Shown: positions 1 through 13,166 of the stretch, piece by piece
How positions within the stretch are numbered: the first letter of the stretch is position 1
Layout of the letters: every line of letters begins with the position of its first letter
Assembly (NCBI GenBank): GCA_963845755.1
Contig: CAWJTV010000034.1
Location: forward strand, 32,001-96,000
DNA from: an uncultured Planctomycetota bacterium
Lineage (GTDB): Bacteria > Planctomycetota > Planctomycetia > Isosphaerales > Isosphaeraceae
Direction of reading: 5' to 3'
Length of the DNA: 64,000 nt
Translations under genes and position numbers: made by a program
Notes under the pieces: generated by a model
What the model saw: only the letters and a program-made list of their open reading frames with translations
What the model was told of the DNA's origin: nothing
The model's database searches: none

Positions 1-3000
1 CACCTCGATCTACGACGATGCGGCGTCCACGCCCTTCGTGCCGGCCCTCGATGCATTCAGCGAGCCGAGCACGAAGACCCTCGCGCCCAGCCTGTGGGGC
101 AGCGTCGGGATCATCAGTGGCGGCGTCGTCGTCATCAACGACGCCACCTTCAGGTACGGCGGCGGCCAGGTCAACTCGCGGACCTTCACCATCCCTTCGC
201 AGTCGGTGCTGGCGTTCATCACGTTCGATTGGGACGGCTACTTCTTCGTTTCTGCCGACCCGACACTCGGCACGCACGCCTACATCACCAACAACAACTT
301 CATCGACAACTTCGACTCCGCGATGCAGATCGAGCCCGACGGCCTGCTGGCGGGCGATCCGCTCCGGCCGCTGCTCTCCGGCCATCCATTCCTCCGCGGC
401 AACGTGATGCAAGGCAACGGCATCGATGGACTCGGCGTCGTGGCCAATCGCGTCTATCAATACCTGGACGTCAATGGCGTCCCGAACTTTGATGACTACC
501 TCGGTCCCCGTGACGCCATCGCCGTAAGTGCCGCCTACGAAAACCTGGACGTCAACTCGGTCTGGGATCTCACCGACATCACTTACGTCGTCCGTGGAAC
601 GATCGTCCTCGGCGGCGCGGACAGCGCTTTCGGTGCCGGCGATGATGGCCTACCGACACCCGGGACCACCTTCACGGCGCCGCCTGCGCCGGTTGTGTCG
701 TTGACCATTCAGGCCGCGCTGCCCGGCACCCTCCTGGCCGACGGCGAGACCATCCCCAGCCCAGGGCAGTCGGTGATCGTGAAGATGTTGAATGACGAGC
801 CCGTCCAGGGCGATGGCCTGGCCATCAACGGCGTGGGCGGGCCCCCCTCGATCCAGCAGAACGGCGCCGGGTTCGTCGTCGGCGTGGATGACGGCCTCGA
901 TCCGCCGACCCCGCTCGAGGGCGCTTTCGACCCGGGAGCCTATTCCGAATTCCGCCTCCTCGGCATTCCAGGCAACCAGACCACCGGCCAGGAGCGCGTA
1001 CCGGTGATCATCACCTCGCTCCGCGACGACACGGTCGGGACGACCGTCCGCGGCGTGAAGATGTACGACATCCTGGAGAACGATCCGGTCTACCAGCAAG
1101 TCGTCAACACCAATACCGCCACCAACTCGCTGACCACGCCCGAGCCCGGCGACGCTGGTGTCATCTACATCGGCGGCAACTCGATGCCGGAATGGGACCC
1201 CACCAATCCCTTCGATGGCAGCCTCATCCAGGATGCCGACATCTCCTATATGACCCGGATCGAGGAGCAAGGCGCCGGCCTCATCTACACGGTCGAGGGC
1301 TCGAGCGTCACGGCCGGCGAGTGGCAGGATGAGAAACAGGGCTATGGCGAGGGTGGGATCATCGGGCCGGGCTTCGGGTTCAAATCCCAGCCGGAGAACC
1401 AGCTCAACTCCCCCATGATCTTCACCATCTCGAACTCGAACCTCGCCGACTTCTCCGACGCGGGTGTCTTCGTCCATCCGTTGAACGGCGGGCGGACTCA
1501 ACATGACGGCACCGCTCTACTCACGCCCCTTCGACCCCGAGGGTGCTTACCTGTACATGTATAACGACACGGTGTCGAACATGCCTCAGGGGGTGCACAT
1601 CAACTCCCGGAGCGATAACGACACGTCCGCGCCCAGCCCCCAGGAGGCCGTGATCGAGAACACGACGTTCTACAACGACACCTTCGGCGTGCAGACGATC
1701 GCTCCGCAGTTCAATGGCCAGAATAATCTGTCCGAAGTCACCACGTTGCTGATGAACGACATCTTCGACGGCTCGTCGCAAATCGCGGTGAATATCCAGG
1801 GACAGGCGGGCTTCAGCGAGCTCCAGTACAACCTGTTCTTCAACAACGGCCAGAACGACGTCATCACGACCACCGATGGGGATTTCGGCGGTGCCGCCGG
1901 CTCGTTCGAGGGCGATCCGCAGTTCGTCGGTCCGGTCGGCGCGACCAACGACGCGACCGCCGAGAATTTCGAGCTGGAGTCAACCTCGCCGGCGATCGAC
2001 GCGGGCCGCAGCGAAATCGGACCGATCCCGGTCGCCAACGCGATCTATCCGTCCGTTACCCTCTCGCTCGGTGGCGGCCTCATCTCCGAGCTCATCACCG
2101 ATCCCAACACGTTGCCGGGCGACGAGGAGCCGGGACACTTCAACCCAGACGGCGGATTCGTCGAGATCCTCGATCAGCGCCAGCTCGTCACCTTGCCGGG
2201 GAGCGGCTCTTTCAGCTTCCCCGACGAGTGGCAACCCGTCCTGACCAGCAACCCCAATGGGTTTACCACGTCGTACGCCGCGGCAGGGACTTACAACTAC
2301 GAGCAGATCACGGGCGTGCGCGACATCCTGGGATATATCCGCGTCCCCGACCCGAACGTCCCCGGCGTCGGCTTCGGCAGCAACCCGTTCATCGACATCG
2401 GTGCTTATCAGTACGTCAACCTGAACCCGCCCAAGGTGACCGCGGTCCAGGCGACCGTGTCCAGCTCCAGCTCCAGCACCGGCACGACCACGGTCCCGTT
2501 CTACACGGTCGGGGGCCAGGCGGGGAGCAACACGACCCCGTCGACCATCTCCGTGACCTTCAACGAACCGATCGATCCCACCACGCTGAACGGCAACACC
2601 ATCCAGCTCGAAGAGCTCGGGCTCGCCCCCGGTACGAAGCAGCAGTTCATCAACCTCGCCGGCAAGGTGTCCTACAATAGTGTTACCGACCAGGTGATCA
2701 TCAGTCTGGGTGCCAGCGGGCTGTCGTTGCCGACGGACGAGTATGAGCTCATCCTGTTCGGCAGCGGCTCGCCGGTGATCGCCAACACGCAGGGCATCGC
2801 CCTCGATGGTGAGGACCTCTCCAACGGCGACAATCCCAATAGCGGCGTCACTCAGGCGCTCCCCTCGGGTAACGGCTATCCGGGCGGCAACTTCTACGAT
2901 CCGTTCATCATCAACACGACACCGCCCTCGGTCACCACGGGCACGTTCCAGATGTCGTCCACCACCGATTCCAATATCGTGGGCGACGACATCACCAACG

Positions 3001-5948
3001 TGGGCCAGCCGACGTTCGTCGGCACGATCACCGAGCCGAACCCCACCCTGGTCCCGCTGGCCGGCCAGACGGCCATGGTCAACGTCGGCCTGGACATCAA
3101 CGGAGTGACGTACTTCTCGGCCAGTCAACTCCCCGCCAACCTCGCGCAGTATGCGGCGTACATCCGTCCGGACGCGGGGAGCGGCCTGACCGACGCCAGC
3201 GGCAACTTCTCGGTGACCATCGGCATCGATGCCGCCGGCACCGGCCTGGTGACCAACACGTCCGCCCTGCCCGACCTGTTCCCGATCTACAACGTCGGGT
3301 CCAGCGGCGACCTCACGCCGGTCTCACCGACGGCCGGCGGCACCAACGCCATCTACTACGTGGCGCAGGCGGTCGTGACCGACCAGAGCGGCAACACGTC
3401 CGATCCCGCCAATCCCAACGCCCAGTTGCCTTTCATCGTGGACCAGACGGCTCCCACGGCCTCGTTCGTCAGCCCGACCGCCAACCAGGTCTTCACGTCG
3501 CTGACCAACGGCGGCGTCCAGTTCACGATCATTACCAGCAAGAACATCGACCTCACCCACTTCACGGCGGCGTCGATCCAGGTGACCAGCGCCGGGCCAG
3601 ACGGCATCCTCGGGACGGCCGACGACGTCACGATCCCCATCAACCCCAGCTCGCTCAAGGGCACCTACCTCGACCAGGGGATCGGGGGCAAGGGCGCCGA
3701 GGAGTTCACGTTCTCGACCGAGGGCACGCTCACCAACGACCTCTATGAGGTCACGCTGCTGACCACGGGGACGGACAGTGTCCGAGACATCGCGGGCAAC
3801 ACGCTGTCCGGCACGGTCAGCCAGGAGTTCGCGGTCGCGATCCCGTCGCTGGCTCACAACCTGTTCGTCGGGTCGGCCGCCTTTGTCACCAACACGGCCG
3901 CCGCGGTGGGCACGAGAGAGAACCCGTACCCGACCATCGGCGCGGCGATGACCGCGGCCAACGCGGGCGACGTGGTGGCGGTCCTGCCCGGCCTCTACAC
4001 CGAAAATGTAGTGCTCAAGCAGTTCGTGCGACTCCTCTCCGTCGCCGCGTCGAGCACGGATAACAGCGTGTTCGCCACCAGCACCGGCGATGCGCTCTCG
4101 ACGGTCATCCGGGCCCCGGCCGTCGCCTCCGGGACCACGAACGTCACGATCTCGGCCACGAATCTGCAGAGCTTCACCGGCCTCGAGACGGAGGTCGCCG
4201 GCTTCACCATCGCCAGCCCGCTCGTCGGCAATGCGGCCCTCGGGCCGATCAATCCGACGGGGGTCGGCGTCTGGGCGAACGACTCGAACATCCTGATCGA
4301 CAAGGACTACATCGCCGACGCGGGTATCGGTGTCCTGGCAACCACCTACGAGGGCAGCTCGCTCTCGCCGCAGGTCGAGAACGACGTGATCGCCGGGAAT
4401 ATCTATGGCGTCGAGATCACCGATGGCGGATCGACCCTACCGTCGCCCACGCCGACGCCCACTCCGACGCCGACGCCCACTCCGACGCCGACGCCCACTC
4501 CGACGCCGACGCCCACTCCGACGCCGACGCCCACTCCGACGCCGACGCCCACGCCGACGCCCACTCCGACGCCGACCCCAACGCCACCAGTGGGGGGGTC
4601 GCGGCCCCTGCAGACCGGGTCGAGCACACCCAATCCGGTCCAGTTGATCAATAATGACTTCGTGTTCAACACGGTCGGGCTGTACGTCAACGCCCTGGCC
4701 AGCTCGCCCGACGAAGCCTACGTCGCCAGCAACATCTTCTGGCAGAACCACGACCAGTCCAATGCCAGGAACGGGTTCGCGATCTTCGCGACGTTCCCGA
4801 ACAAGCAGAACCTGCAAAACAACCTGTTCTACGCCAACGGATTAGGTGATGCTAACCAGACCAACGCGACCAACGAGCTGGGCAATGGGTTCAATTCGGC
4901 CAATCTGACTTCGACGCCGGATTCCGAGGGGAACTACGTCGGCAACCCGGCGTTTGTCTTCCCCGTCGATCCCCGGCCCGGCTCGGATGGACCAGCGGCC
5001 CTCTTCGTGGACGGCGATTTCCAGTTGACCTCCCAGTCGGCGGCGATCGACAACGCCTGGGAACCCACGGCGATCCCGACAGACCTCCTCGGCAACTCGC
5101 AGGTGAAGATCGACGACGACGGCTTCGGCCTGGCCAACTTCGGCCCTCGCGACGTCGGTGCCCTGGAGTTCGACGGCACCGGCGGCACGCCCGTCGGCGG
5201 CTCGTTCCGGGTCGTCACGTCCTCGGTGGTGCCCATCGGCGGGGCCGAGTATGCCGGCGGCTCCACGCTCGTGACCTCGACATCACCCACGGCCATCACG
5301 CTGACCTTCTCCGGGAACGTCAATCCCAACAGCATCAACGCCACCGACCTGGTACTCTCCGGAACGGCCGTCAACCCGGCGGCGCCCGTGCATGCCACGA
5401 GCCTCACCTGGATCGACGGCGACACGGTGCAGTTCAATCTATCCGGCGGGCTCAATCTGCCGGGGACGCTCAATGTGGCCGTCCAGCCCGGTTCGATCGA
5501 CAGCGTCAGCGGTCAGAGCAACCTGGGCTACTCGGACAAGGTCGTGATTCAGATCGGCACGCCCCCGGCGCACGTGAATCCGACGCCGATGCCGATCTCG
5601 CCGACGCCAACCCCAACCTCGCCGACGTCGCCTCCGGGCACGATCGTGGTCACGCCGACCCCCGGACCGGCGCCCTCGCCCGTGTCGGTCTCGAAGAAGA
5701 AGCATCACGCGGTCGTCAAGAAGGTCGCTCATCCCAAGCCGGTCAAGCATCACGTGCACGCCAAGCCGGTCAAGCACGTCGTGCACGCCAAGCCGGTCAA
5801 GCACGTCGTGCATGCCAAGCCGGTCCATCACACGGTCAAGCCGGCCGTCGTGCATCCGGCCGTGGTGAAGATCGCCAAGGCGGCCACGACGCATCATCAG
5901 GAGACCAGGGCGATCGAGGTTCCCCACAACCACAAGCACAAGGCTTGA
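1..5948 (+). CDS. Giant secreted/surface protein, 5'-partial: beta-helix repeats, choice-of-anchor-Q-like motifs, Ig-like domains, PT linker, basic His/Lys tail. One frameshift near 1490-1503
   Basis: ORFs 38..1564 and 1503..5948 have the same acidic G/T/N-rich composition and overlap. Motifs: SPAIDAG...[14 protein letters not shown]...[52 protein letters not shown]. Confidence 0.75.
4446..4587 (+). repeat. Coding tandem repeat (18-nt unit ACGCCGACGCCCACTCCG) encoding a (Pro-Thr)n linker
   Basis: Directly visible in the DNA and in the translation. Confidence 0.95.
5733..5845 (+). repeat. Coding 27-nt repeats encoding (K-P-V-K-H-V/H-V-H-A)n in the basic tail
   Basis: gccaagccggtcaagcacgtcgtgca repeated; translation [30 protein letters not shown]. 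Confidence 0.9.
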
Positions 5949-5982
5949 CATGCCGGGAATCGAAGCCCCGAGATGACGATCC

Positions 5983-6019
5983 ACGGGCGGCTCCCTTGCG
6001 GAGCCGCCCGTTTTCATTT
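5983..6019 (+). terminator. Intrinsic terminator between convergent genes
   Basis: acgggcggctcc-cttgc-ggagccgcccgt followed by a T-rich tract. Confidence 0.75.
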
Positions 6020-6035
6020 CGCCCCCGGCCCGGCT

Positions 6036-7028
6036 TCACCGCGCCGGGAAATCCTGGATCAGGGCTCTCATCTTCTCGAGGCCCGTACGCGCGACGGTGA
6101 GCGGGTCCTGCGTCCAGTACTTCCTGTTGAACAGCTCCAGCGACAACATCACGCGAAAACCGCCCGCGGAGAGGTCCTTGAGCAGGGCCTTCAGCGGGGC
6201 CGAGCCGTCGCCCGGATAGACACGATCGGCATCGGTCAGCTTCTCGCGCGCGGCTCGGCGGGGTAGTCGTTGAAATGGAACACATGGATGGCGCTCGGCG
6301 ACAGGAGCTTCACTCCGCCCAGCCCGGAGCCCCCTCGATGTAAGTGGTAGACGTCCGGCAAGATGCAGGCGTTGGGATGCTTGGCCTCCATCGCGACGAG
6401 GGTTGCCTCGCCCAATCGGCTCAGGGTCCGCGAGGATCCCCAGACCTCGACCTGGGGGACCACGCCGATCTGGTCGCCGATCTCGAGCAGGTCTCGATAC
6501 GCGCCCGGCGACCTTGAGCAGGTCGGACATCGCGCGATCGGTCGCCCCGACCGGAGGTGCGGCCAACCGTTTCCCCCCAGCCCGGCGCACCAGCTCCATG
6601 CTCCGCCTGGCCGCCTCCAGTCCCTTGCGACGACGCTCCGGGTCGTCGACGATCCATTCGAAGAAGCCGATTGCGCTCTCGATCGAGATGCCGGCATCGC
6701 GAAACCGCTTCGCGAGGTCTTCCAGCGAGCCCCCCGACGCCGCGTAACGTTCCAGCTCCTCGACCCAGGGCTCCATCCCCTGATAGCCGGCCTTCTGGGC
6801 GATCGCGAGCTCTTCGAGGATCGAGAGCCTCTGGCCCCGGATGGTGCTGGTATTCAACCCCAGCAGGAAGGCGGCCGACTGCGACGCCGAGTTCGGACCG
6901 GCGCGCGCCACCTCCGCGGCCTGCGAGCTGGGTCCCTGGGCACCCGCTGCCCGATTCATCGAGCCTCCGACGAGGGCCGCCGTTCCCGCAGCCAGCCATT
7001 CCCGTCGCTTGAACTCTGTCTTGAACAT
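6036..7028 (-). CDS. Tat-exported sugar phosphate isomerase/epimerase (xylose-isomerase-like TIM barrel), frameshifted
   Basis: [15 protein letters not shown] twin-Arg signal; [35 protein letters not shown] spread over two frames. Confidence 0.8.
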   Translation of the reverse strand: MFKTEFKRREWLAAGTAALVGGSMNRAAGAQGPSSQAAEVARAGPNSASQSAAFLLGLNTSTIRGQRLSILEELAIAQKAGYQGMEPWVEELERYAASGGSLEDLAKRFRDAGISIESAIGFFEWIVDDPERRRKGLEAARRSMELVRRAGGKRLAAPPVGATDRAMSDLLKVAGRVSRPARDRRPDRRGPPGRGLGILADPEPIGRGNPRRDGGQASQRLHLAGRLPLTSRGLRAGRSEAPVAERHPCVPFQRLPRRAAREKLTDADRVYPGDGSAPLKALLKDLSAGGFRVMLSLELFNRKYWTQDPLTVARTGLEKMRALIQDFPAR

Positions 7029-7060
7029 CGGTCTTCGCCCCCCTTGACGGTGTCCAGCAT

Positions 7061-7817
7061 TCAATAGGTCAAGTCGCGCCGAAGGCCGCGCCACGCCTCC
7101 AGCCGGCAGTCTTCCATCCGCTGTCGGATCAGGGCGGTGATGGCCTGTGTCTCCATGCCGGAGAGCTCCTCCGGGTAGATCGCAGCCCCAAAATGGATGC
7201 GGACCGGATGACCCAGCGGAAAGGGCCGGGTGCGGGGCCAGACTTCGAACAGTCCCGCGAGCCCGACCGGGACGACGGGGACGCCCGCGCGGGTCACCAG
7301 CACAGCGATCCCCGCCTTGAGAGGCCCCAGCTCGCCATCGGGGCTGCGCGTGCCCTCGGGGAAGAGCGTGACGATGCCACCGGCGCGGAGTCGGCGCAGG
7401 GTTTCCTTCATGCCCGAGGCTCCGATGCCCTCGCGCTGGATCGGGAAAGCACCGACCGACCTCATCAAGCAGGCCAGTACCGGGAAAAACAGGGTTAACC
7501 GTGCCATGAAGTTCAGCGGCCGGCGCGGAGATGCCCAGGAAGAAGACATCGAGGAAGCTCAGATGGTTGGAGATCAGCAAGAGGCCCCCCGATTCCGGGA
7601 TACTCTGCCGACCCGTTGCCCGCCAGCCCAGCAGGACCATGGCGAGCGTGCCCGTCATATACTGGACAGTCCGATACCAGAGCAAGCGCGCAAGCGACCG
7701 ATCTCGCGCAGGGGGGCGAGTTCCGGAGTGCTCCGCGGCAGGGGCCGGAACGGTCGCGGCTGATGGTTGGGGAGCCTGGGCTGAATCATTCACGAGCGAA
7801 GGCTCCGTGGGCCCCAT
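7061..7817 (-). CDS. plsC: 1-acyl-sn-glycerol-3-phosphate acyltransferase, frameshift near 7525
   Basis: SNHLSFLD (HxxxxD) and FPEGTRS motifs; lies downstream of cmk. Confidence 0.85.
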
Positions 7818-8486
7818 CTCGCCTCAAGAGGTCCGCCAGGCGGTCCGAGATGTCGGCCGCCAGCCGTTCGACCACGGCATCGATGCTCAAGCCCGTCGTA
7901 TCGACGGTCGTGGCATCGTCGGCCGGCTTCATCGGGGCGATCGCGCGCCCGGCGTCCTGGGCATCGCGCTGGCGCTGGTCCCCGAGCACCGACTCGAAAC
8001 TGACGGACTCGCCTCGGGCCTGATAATCGGCCAGCCTCCGTCGAGCGCGTTCCTCGTCGGTGGCCGTCAGGTAGTACTTGCGGAACGCGTCGGGGAAGAC
8101 CAGGGTTCCCTGGTCGCGCCCTTCGGTGACGATGTCGTGATCTCTTGCAAAGTCCCGTTGCCAGTCCATGAGCTCGCGACGAACGCTCGGGCTATCGGCG
8201 ATGAATCGCGACGCCTGGGTAATCTCGACGCGCCGGATGGATTGTGTGACATCGTGGCCGCCCAGCCAGATCGCATCGGGCAAGAGCTCGACCTGGAGTG
8301 AGGCCGCCAGCTTGCCGAGATCGGAATCGCTCGTGAGGTCCGTGCCCGATTTCAGGGCCGCGAGGGTGACCGCTCGATACATGGCCCCGGTGTCGAGGAA
8401 CCGCCAGCCCAGCCGGACAGCCAGCCGCGCGCCACCGTACTCTTCCCCGCCCCGGCGGGACCGTCGATCGTCACCACACGCCGCAT
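7786..8486 (-). CDS. cmk: Cytidylate kinase, frameshift near 8430
   Basis: VVTIDGPAGAGKSTVA, DTGAMYRA, EGRDQGTLVFPDA. Confidence 0.92.
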
Positions 8487-8682
8487 CGTCTCCGCACCCT
8501 CGTTGACCGTGATCTCGGTAACCTCAATACACAATGGCCCAGCCATCCGGAGTTTTCCAGAGGCTGGGCCAGGAGATTCTCTCGGTCGAGGACGGTCGCG
8601 GTGGCTCCCGAGACGCTCTTGCGGCGCCGGTCGGGTGAGACCTCGGTCACCGATCCGCCCATTGCGGGCGGTTCGGGGTGGA

Positions 8683-9144
8683 TCAATGGCGGTTGCTCGT
8701 CTTGGTCGAACCGGTGTGCGACGGCAAGGGTTGACGACCGACGTAACCGGCGTCCAGGTCGTGCCAGTACGACACTTCAGGCTCGCCGAGCCGCCAGCAT
8801 AGGAACACTTCGCGGCCATCCATGATACTGTAAAAGTCGCAGAGGCCGTCGGTCCCCTTGAATTCGACGCCCAGGCGTTTCAGCTCATCGATGTACGATC
8901 TCAGTTTGGCGTCTTCCGACTCGAGCTCCGCTTGGCTCTGGGCCAGCTCCTCGGTGTAAAGATCGTTCGAGGGACGGCGCCGTTCGCGTGCGACGATCGA
9001 CAGTCGTTGCTGGAGATCCTCCACGACACGGGACTGGCGAACGATGTCGCCGAGGATCATGCGAACCAAAGGCAGTGCTCGATTTGCTTCCTCCACGGTG
9101 AAGTACTTGCGTTTCTTCTCAACGATGGGCTTTGCTGGGGCCAT
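8683..9144 (-). CDS. DUF2203 family protein
   Basis: FTVEEANRALPLV...GLCDF...GREVFLCWRLGEPEVSYWHDLDAGYVGRQPL. Confidence 0.85.
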   Translation of the reverse strand: MAPAKPIVEKKRKYFTVEEANRALPLVRMILGDIVRQSRVVEDLQQRLSIVARERRRPSNDLYTEELAQSQAELESEDAKLRSYIDELKRLGVEFKGTDGLCDFYSIMDGREVFLCWRLGEPEVSYWHDLDAGYVGRQPLPSHTGSTKTSNRH

Positions 9145-9467
9145 GTCAGTTACCCTGGGAAAAGATCGATGATAGCAATCAGCATGAGGATGATCGTTCC
9201 ATCGGAATGAGGCACGACATCCGTGCCGACGCGACAGTTCCAGCCGGCCGGCCCGGCCCGGCTCAAGAGCCCCGTGTGGGATCGTCGTATCGAACGCCCC
9301 CTTTCTCCTCTCGGATCGAAACGACAGGGCAGATCGAAGACATCGGGAATGTGGGCCGACTCTGATCCACGCACCCATCCCAGTTCGCTCATTGATCATT
9401 ATAGGTCACCCCCTCCCCCCCGCAAGGCCCCGTCGGGGGAGGCCGGAGGATTGGCAGGGGTTCGACC

Positions 9468-11195
9468 TCATGGACGCCCCGCGCGATCGCGGATCTGTCG
9501 GAGCATGCCTTTCAGGGAAAGCGTGTTCCAGACGTCCGTCGATTCCAGCCATCCGCGACGGGCTACGGAGATCCCGTAGTCCAGATCGTCGAAGCCGGAG
9601 ACGGCATGAGCATCGGGATTGATCACGAGTTTCACTCCTTTCTCTCGCGCCCTGCGGCAGTGGATCGCGTCGAGATCCAGCCGGTGCGGGCTGGCGTTGA
9701 TCTCGATCATCGTGCCGGCCTTGGCGGCGGCCTCGATCACGGCATCGAGGTCCACGGCGTAGGCGTCGCGCGCCAGCAAGAGCCGGCCGGTCGGGTGGCC
9801 GAGCATGGTGACTCGCGGGTGGGACGCCGCGCGGACCAGGCGCCGGGTCATCTCGTCTCGCGGGAGCTGAAAACTGGAATGGATGCTAGCTACCACGTAA
9901 TCGAACCCCTCCAGCAGATCGTCCGGATAATCGAGCGAGCCATCCGCCAGGATGTCGCACTCGGTTCCCTTGAACACGTGGAACGTGGCGCCGAAGGACG
10001 CGTTGAGCGCGTCGATCTCCGCCCATTGCGACCGGACGCGTTCGATGCTCAGGCCGCCGGCATAGCCGGCCGATCGCGAATGATCGGCGATCCCCAGATA
10101 ATGCAGGCCGCGCAGGCGCGCGGCTTCGGCCATTTCCGCGAGCGTGGCCGATCCATCGCTCCAGTCGGTATGGCAATGAAAGGTACCCGCCAGGTCGTCG
10201 CGCTCGATGAGTTTCGGGAGCCTTCCCGCTTCCGCGGCAACGATCTCGCCGGCATCCTCGCGGAGCTCGGGCGGGATCTCCGCAAGTCCCAGCGCCGCGA
10301 AGAGATCGGCCTCTGTCTGGCAGGCGATCGACCGGTTCTCCCCGGTCAGGGCATATTCGTTCAACGACAGTCCCTGCACAGCGCCCGCCGCCGCATCGCG
10401 ATATTGTGGGCCTTCGAGCCCGTGAAATAGTGGAGAGCGAACGGGAACTGGCTGTCTTCGACGGCGCGAAGGTCGCACTGGACGCCGTCCGCCAGGCGGC
10501 ACGCTGGCCTTGGTCGGGCCGTGCGCCAGCACGGTGGCCACGTGAGGGAGCTTGACGAAGGCGTCGATCACCGCGGAGGCGTGCTTCGAGCTGCAGAGCA
10601 CGTCGAGATCGCCGATCGTCTCGGCCCGGCGGCGCAGGCTGCCGCAGTATTCCGCCCGGATGACCTGCGGATGGGCGCGAACCGCCGCCATGATCGGTGT
10701 GACCAATCGCAGGGCGTGGCTCTGGAGGATCCGATCCCCCGACTTTTCCACGAAGGCGATCCCTTCGAGAATCTTCGCCTCGGTCTTCTCGCCGAACCCC
10801 TTGAGTTTGGCGATCTCACCCGATTCACCCGCCTTGCGCAGATCCGCAAGACTCTCGATCGCCAGGGTCTCGTGGAGCGCCTTGATTTTCTTGGGGCCCA
10901 GCCCGGGGATGCGCAGCAGGGCCACCAGGCCCGGCGGCGTGCTCCGCCGCAGGTCCTCATAGGCGGGCAACTGGCCCGTGGTCGCCAGTTGGACGATCTT
11001 TGCGTACATCGTGTCGCCGATGCCGGGGACTTCCTTGAGCCGGTTCTCCGCGATCACCTCCGACAGCTTATCGGGGAGGTTCAGGAGCGCTTGAGCGGCG
11101 GTGTGGTAGGCGCGACACCGGAACGGGTTCTCACCCCGAATCTCCAGCATCGTCCCCATCTCGTCGAGTACCTGGGCAATTCGCGCGGTTTCCAT
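9468..11195 (-). CDS. polX: DNA polymerase X / PHP 3'-5' exonuclease, compensating frameshifts near 10500 and 10380
   Basis: ENPFRCRAY, HhH motifs, [17 protein letters not shown] motifs [22 protein letters not shown]. Confidence 0.92.
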   Translation of the reverse strand: METARIAQVLDEMGTMLEIRGENPFRCRAYHTAAQALLNLPDKLSEVIAENRLKEVPGIGDTMYAKIVQLATTGQLPAYEDLRRSTPPGLVALLRIPGLGPKKIKALHETLAIESLADLRKAGESGEIAKLKGFGEKTEAKILEGIAFVEKSGDRILQSHALRLVTPIMAAVRAHPQVIRAEYCGSLRRRAETIGDLDVLCSSKHASAVIDAFVKLPHVATVLAHGPTKASVPPGGRRPVRPSRRRRQPVPVRSPLFHGLEGPQYRDAAAGAVQGLSLNEYALTGENRSIACQTEADLFAALGLAEIPPELREDAGEIVAAEAGRLPKLIERDDLAGTFHCHTDWSDGSATLAEMAEAARLRGLHYLGIADHSRSAGYAGGLSIERVRSQWAEIDALNASFGATFHVFKGTECDILADGSLDYPDDLLEGFDYVVASIHSSFQLPRDEMTRRLVRAASHPRVTMLGHPTGRLLLARDAYAVDLDAVIEAAAKAGTMIEINASPHRLDLDAIHCRRAREKGVKLVINPDAHAVSGFDDLDYGISVARRGWLESTDVWNTLSLKGMLRQIRDRAGRP

Positions 11196-11206
11196 GGCAG
11201 TTCGTC

Positions 11207-12541
11207 TCAATGGCTGCGCGGTTTGATTCCCAACAGCGTCTGCGGACTGTCATACAAGATGGACCGCGCGAATTCCAGTGCCAGCGCGTCGTCGAGTTGA
11301 CCGAGATCAACACGTTCCGCCAGCACCTGGGCCAGGATCTTCCGAACGATGACCGCCTTCGCGTACGACCACTCGGCACAATAGGCGTCGGAGAAGAAAC
11401 CGACTTGCTTGTTGGCCGGGAGCATTTCCAGTCGCTCGCGGATCACCTGACCGATCGTGTCCGGGAAGAAGTTGTGCCACCAGTATCCGGCCAGGCTGAG
11501 GTTCGGCAATTCGCGCGCCAACGTGCAAAGGGCCTGGTTGGCCGACCGACTGGCCAGGAAACACTGGAACCGCAGCCTGGGGTGACGTCCGATCAGGGTG
11601 GCGACCTGGCCGATCGTGCGCTGAGACAACCGGCTGGCCGTCTCGAAGGGGAGCGGCTCGGCTCCGAAGCTGAACTGGAAGACGATTTCCTCCGCGTGTT
11701 TCTCCAGGGCGGTCAGGAACACCTCGTTGACATACGAGGCGTAACAATCTCGCTCGGTGGGCCCGGCTCGATCCCTTCGCCCGATCGCCGCGTCCATCTC
11801 CGCCTCGGTGACATCCCGGTAATCGATGTCGGTTGACAGATGCGTCGCGGTCGAGACGATCTGGCCGTAGGGAATGTGTGAGACATAGTGGGCGATCGCG
11901 TCGTGGACATCTGCCACGTTTCGGATCCGTCGCTCGGTCGACGGCCGGTCACCTCCTCCGATCGGCGCGGGGCTCTCGGGCGACCTGCCCCAGCAACGCT
12001 CCAGCTCGTAGAGCGCCGTGTCATATTCGCCCCACTGGCATCTCGTGAAAAAGCCCCATTCCAGCGCGTACTGGAGCCGGTCGTCATCCTCACCGGTACC
12101 TCGACGCGCGATTTCGGTCCCCGTGCGCTCGATCCTGGCACGGTCGAGGACCGCGCGCGGCCAGCTCCGGTCGTCGGCCCGCTCGCGAATCATCCCGTCC
12201 AGCCTTTTCCAGTTGGTTTCGTCGATCGGAGCCGTCCAGCCGTAGAGGTCGCGGAGGATGATCCGTACGCCCCATGAGGAGCTGGTATTCTGGATAGACC
12301 GCAGATAAGGCAGGGCCTCTCCGATCCGCGCGTGGGCCTCGGCCTCGCTCGGCCAGCCAGGAAACTGCGTCAGCCGGCCTCCGGACGGGCAGCCGGCGGA
12401 GTACAGGTCCGTGACGACCATGTGATAAAGCAGAATGTCATGCAACCCCCGCGCCGCCAGTTTGCCGCCAACGAGGTGCGTGTGCACGTCCAGGATCGGG
12501 ACATCACCCAGGGCCTGCTCCAGATCTCCTGCCATCATCAT
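11207..12541 (-). CDS. Amidohydrolase-superfamily protein resembling uronate isomerase
   Basis: ILDVHTHL (HxH), ILLYHM, GYWWHNF...RLEML...GFFSDA are similar to UxaC-type motifs. Confidence 0.6.
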   Translation of the reverse strand: MMMAGDLEQALGDVPILDVHTHLVGGKLAARGLHDILLYHMVVTDLYSAGCPSGGRLTQFPGWPSEAEAHARIGEALPYLRSIQNTSSSWGVRIILRDLYGWTAPIDETNWKRLDGMIRERADDRSWPRAVLDRARIERTGTEIARRGTGEDDDRLQYALEWGFFTRCQWGEYDTALYELERCWGRSPESPAPIGGGDRPSTERRIRNVADVHDAIAHYVSHIPYGQIVSTATHLSTDIDYRDVTEAEMDAAIGRRDRAGPTERDCYASYVNEVFLTALEKHAEEIVFQFSFGAEPLPFETASRLSQRTIGQVATLIGRHPRLRFQCFLASRSANQALCTLARELPNLSLAGYWWHNFFPDTIGQVIRERLEMLPANKQVGFFSDAYCAEWSYAKAVIVRKILAQVLAERVDLGQLDDALALEFARSILYDSPQTLLGIKPRSH

Positions 12542-12576
12542 TCTCGTCCCGCCGCAAAGTTTCAGACAGAGTGTTT

Positions 12577-12628
12577 TTCACCGCAGAGACCGCAGAGACC
12601 GCAGAGACGAAGACAGAGAGAAAAGAGA
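12577..12628 (+). repeat. Left inverted repeat: (CCGCAGAGA)3 plus purine tract
   Basis: ttca-ccgcagaga-ccgcagaga-ccgcagaga-cgaagacagagagaaaagaga. Confidence 0.9.
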
Positions 12629-12672
12629 GAACAGAAAAAATCGCTAAATCTGAATTATTTCATAAATTATGA

Positions 12673-13065
12673 TTAACTGTCTTGATAACCATTGACGACG
12701 CGTCTCACGCCCTCGGTAGCCAGGATCCTGACGTTGAAATTCATGAGCAGGCCAACGGTCTTCCCTGAGAGTTTCAAATAGGACAGTAATTGAGCCAGGT
12801 GGATCGGGATGATCTTGTTGACGGATTTGAGTTCAACGATGACCGTGTTTTCGACCAGCAGGTCGAGCCGATAGCCGCAATCGAGGTAAATTCCCTTGTA
12901 AGCAACAGGTAGCTCTTTTTGTTTTTCGACGAAATACCCGCGCTGACGCAACTCGTAGACCAGGCATGCCTCATAAGTCGATTCCAGGAGTCCCGGGCCG
13001 AGGGCTCTGTGGACGTCGATCGCAGCACCGATGATTGCCTCGGTCAACTGGTTGATCTCGATCAT
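12673..13065 (-). CDS. GxxExxY protein (PD-(D/E)XK nuclease superfamily)
   Basis: [11 protein letters not shown] signature; [19 protein letters not shown]-richer than its neighbours. Confidence 0.92.
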   Translation of the reverse strand: MIEINQLTEAIIGAAIDVHRALGPGLLESTYEACLVYELRQRGYFVEKQKELPVAYKGIYLDCGYRLDLLVENTVIVELKSVNKIIPIHLAQLLSYLKLSGKTVGLLMNFNVRILATEGVRRVVNGYQDS

Positions 13066-13166
13066 TGCGGTAAACAACTCCTCGGACTTTCCGAGGTGAT
13101 GCTCCGAGTCTCGGGAATCTCTGATAGCGACTCTCTACTTGAGTTCGTATCCTTCTTCTTGATGAG

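Noticed and set aside
9468..11195. polX as a functional member of the RLP pathway
   Set aside because: It is adjacent and co-oriented, but it is an ordinary repair polymerase with no evidence of a metabolic link.
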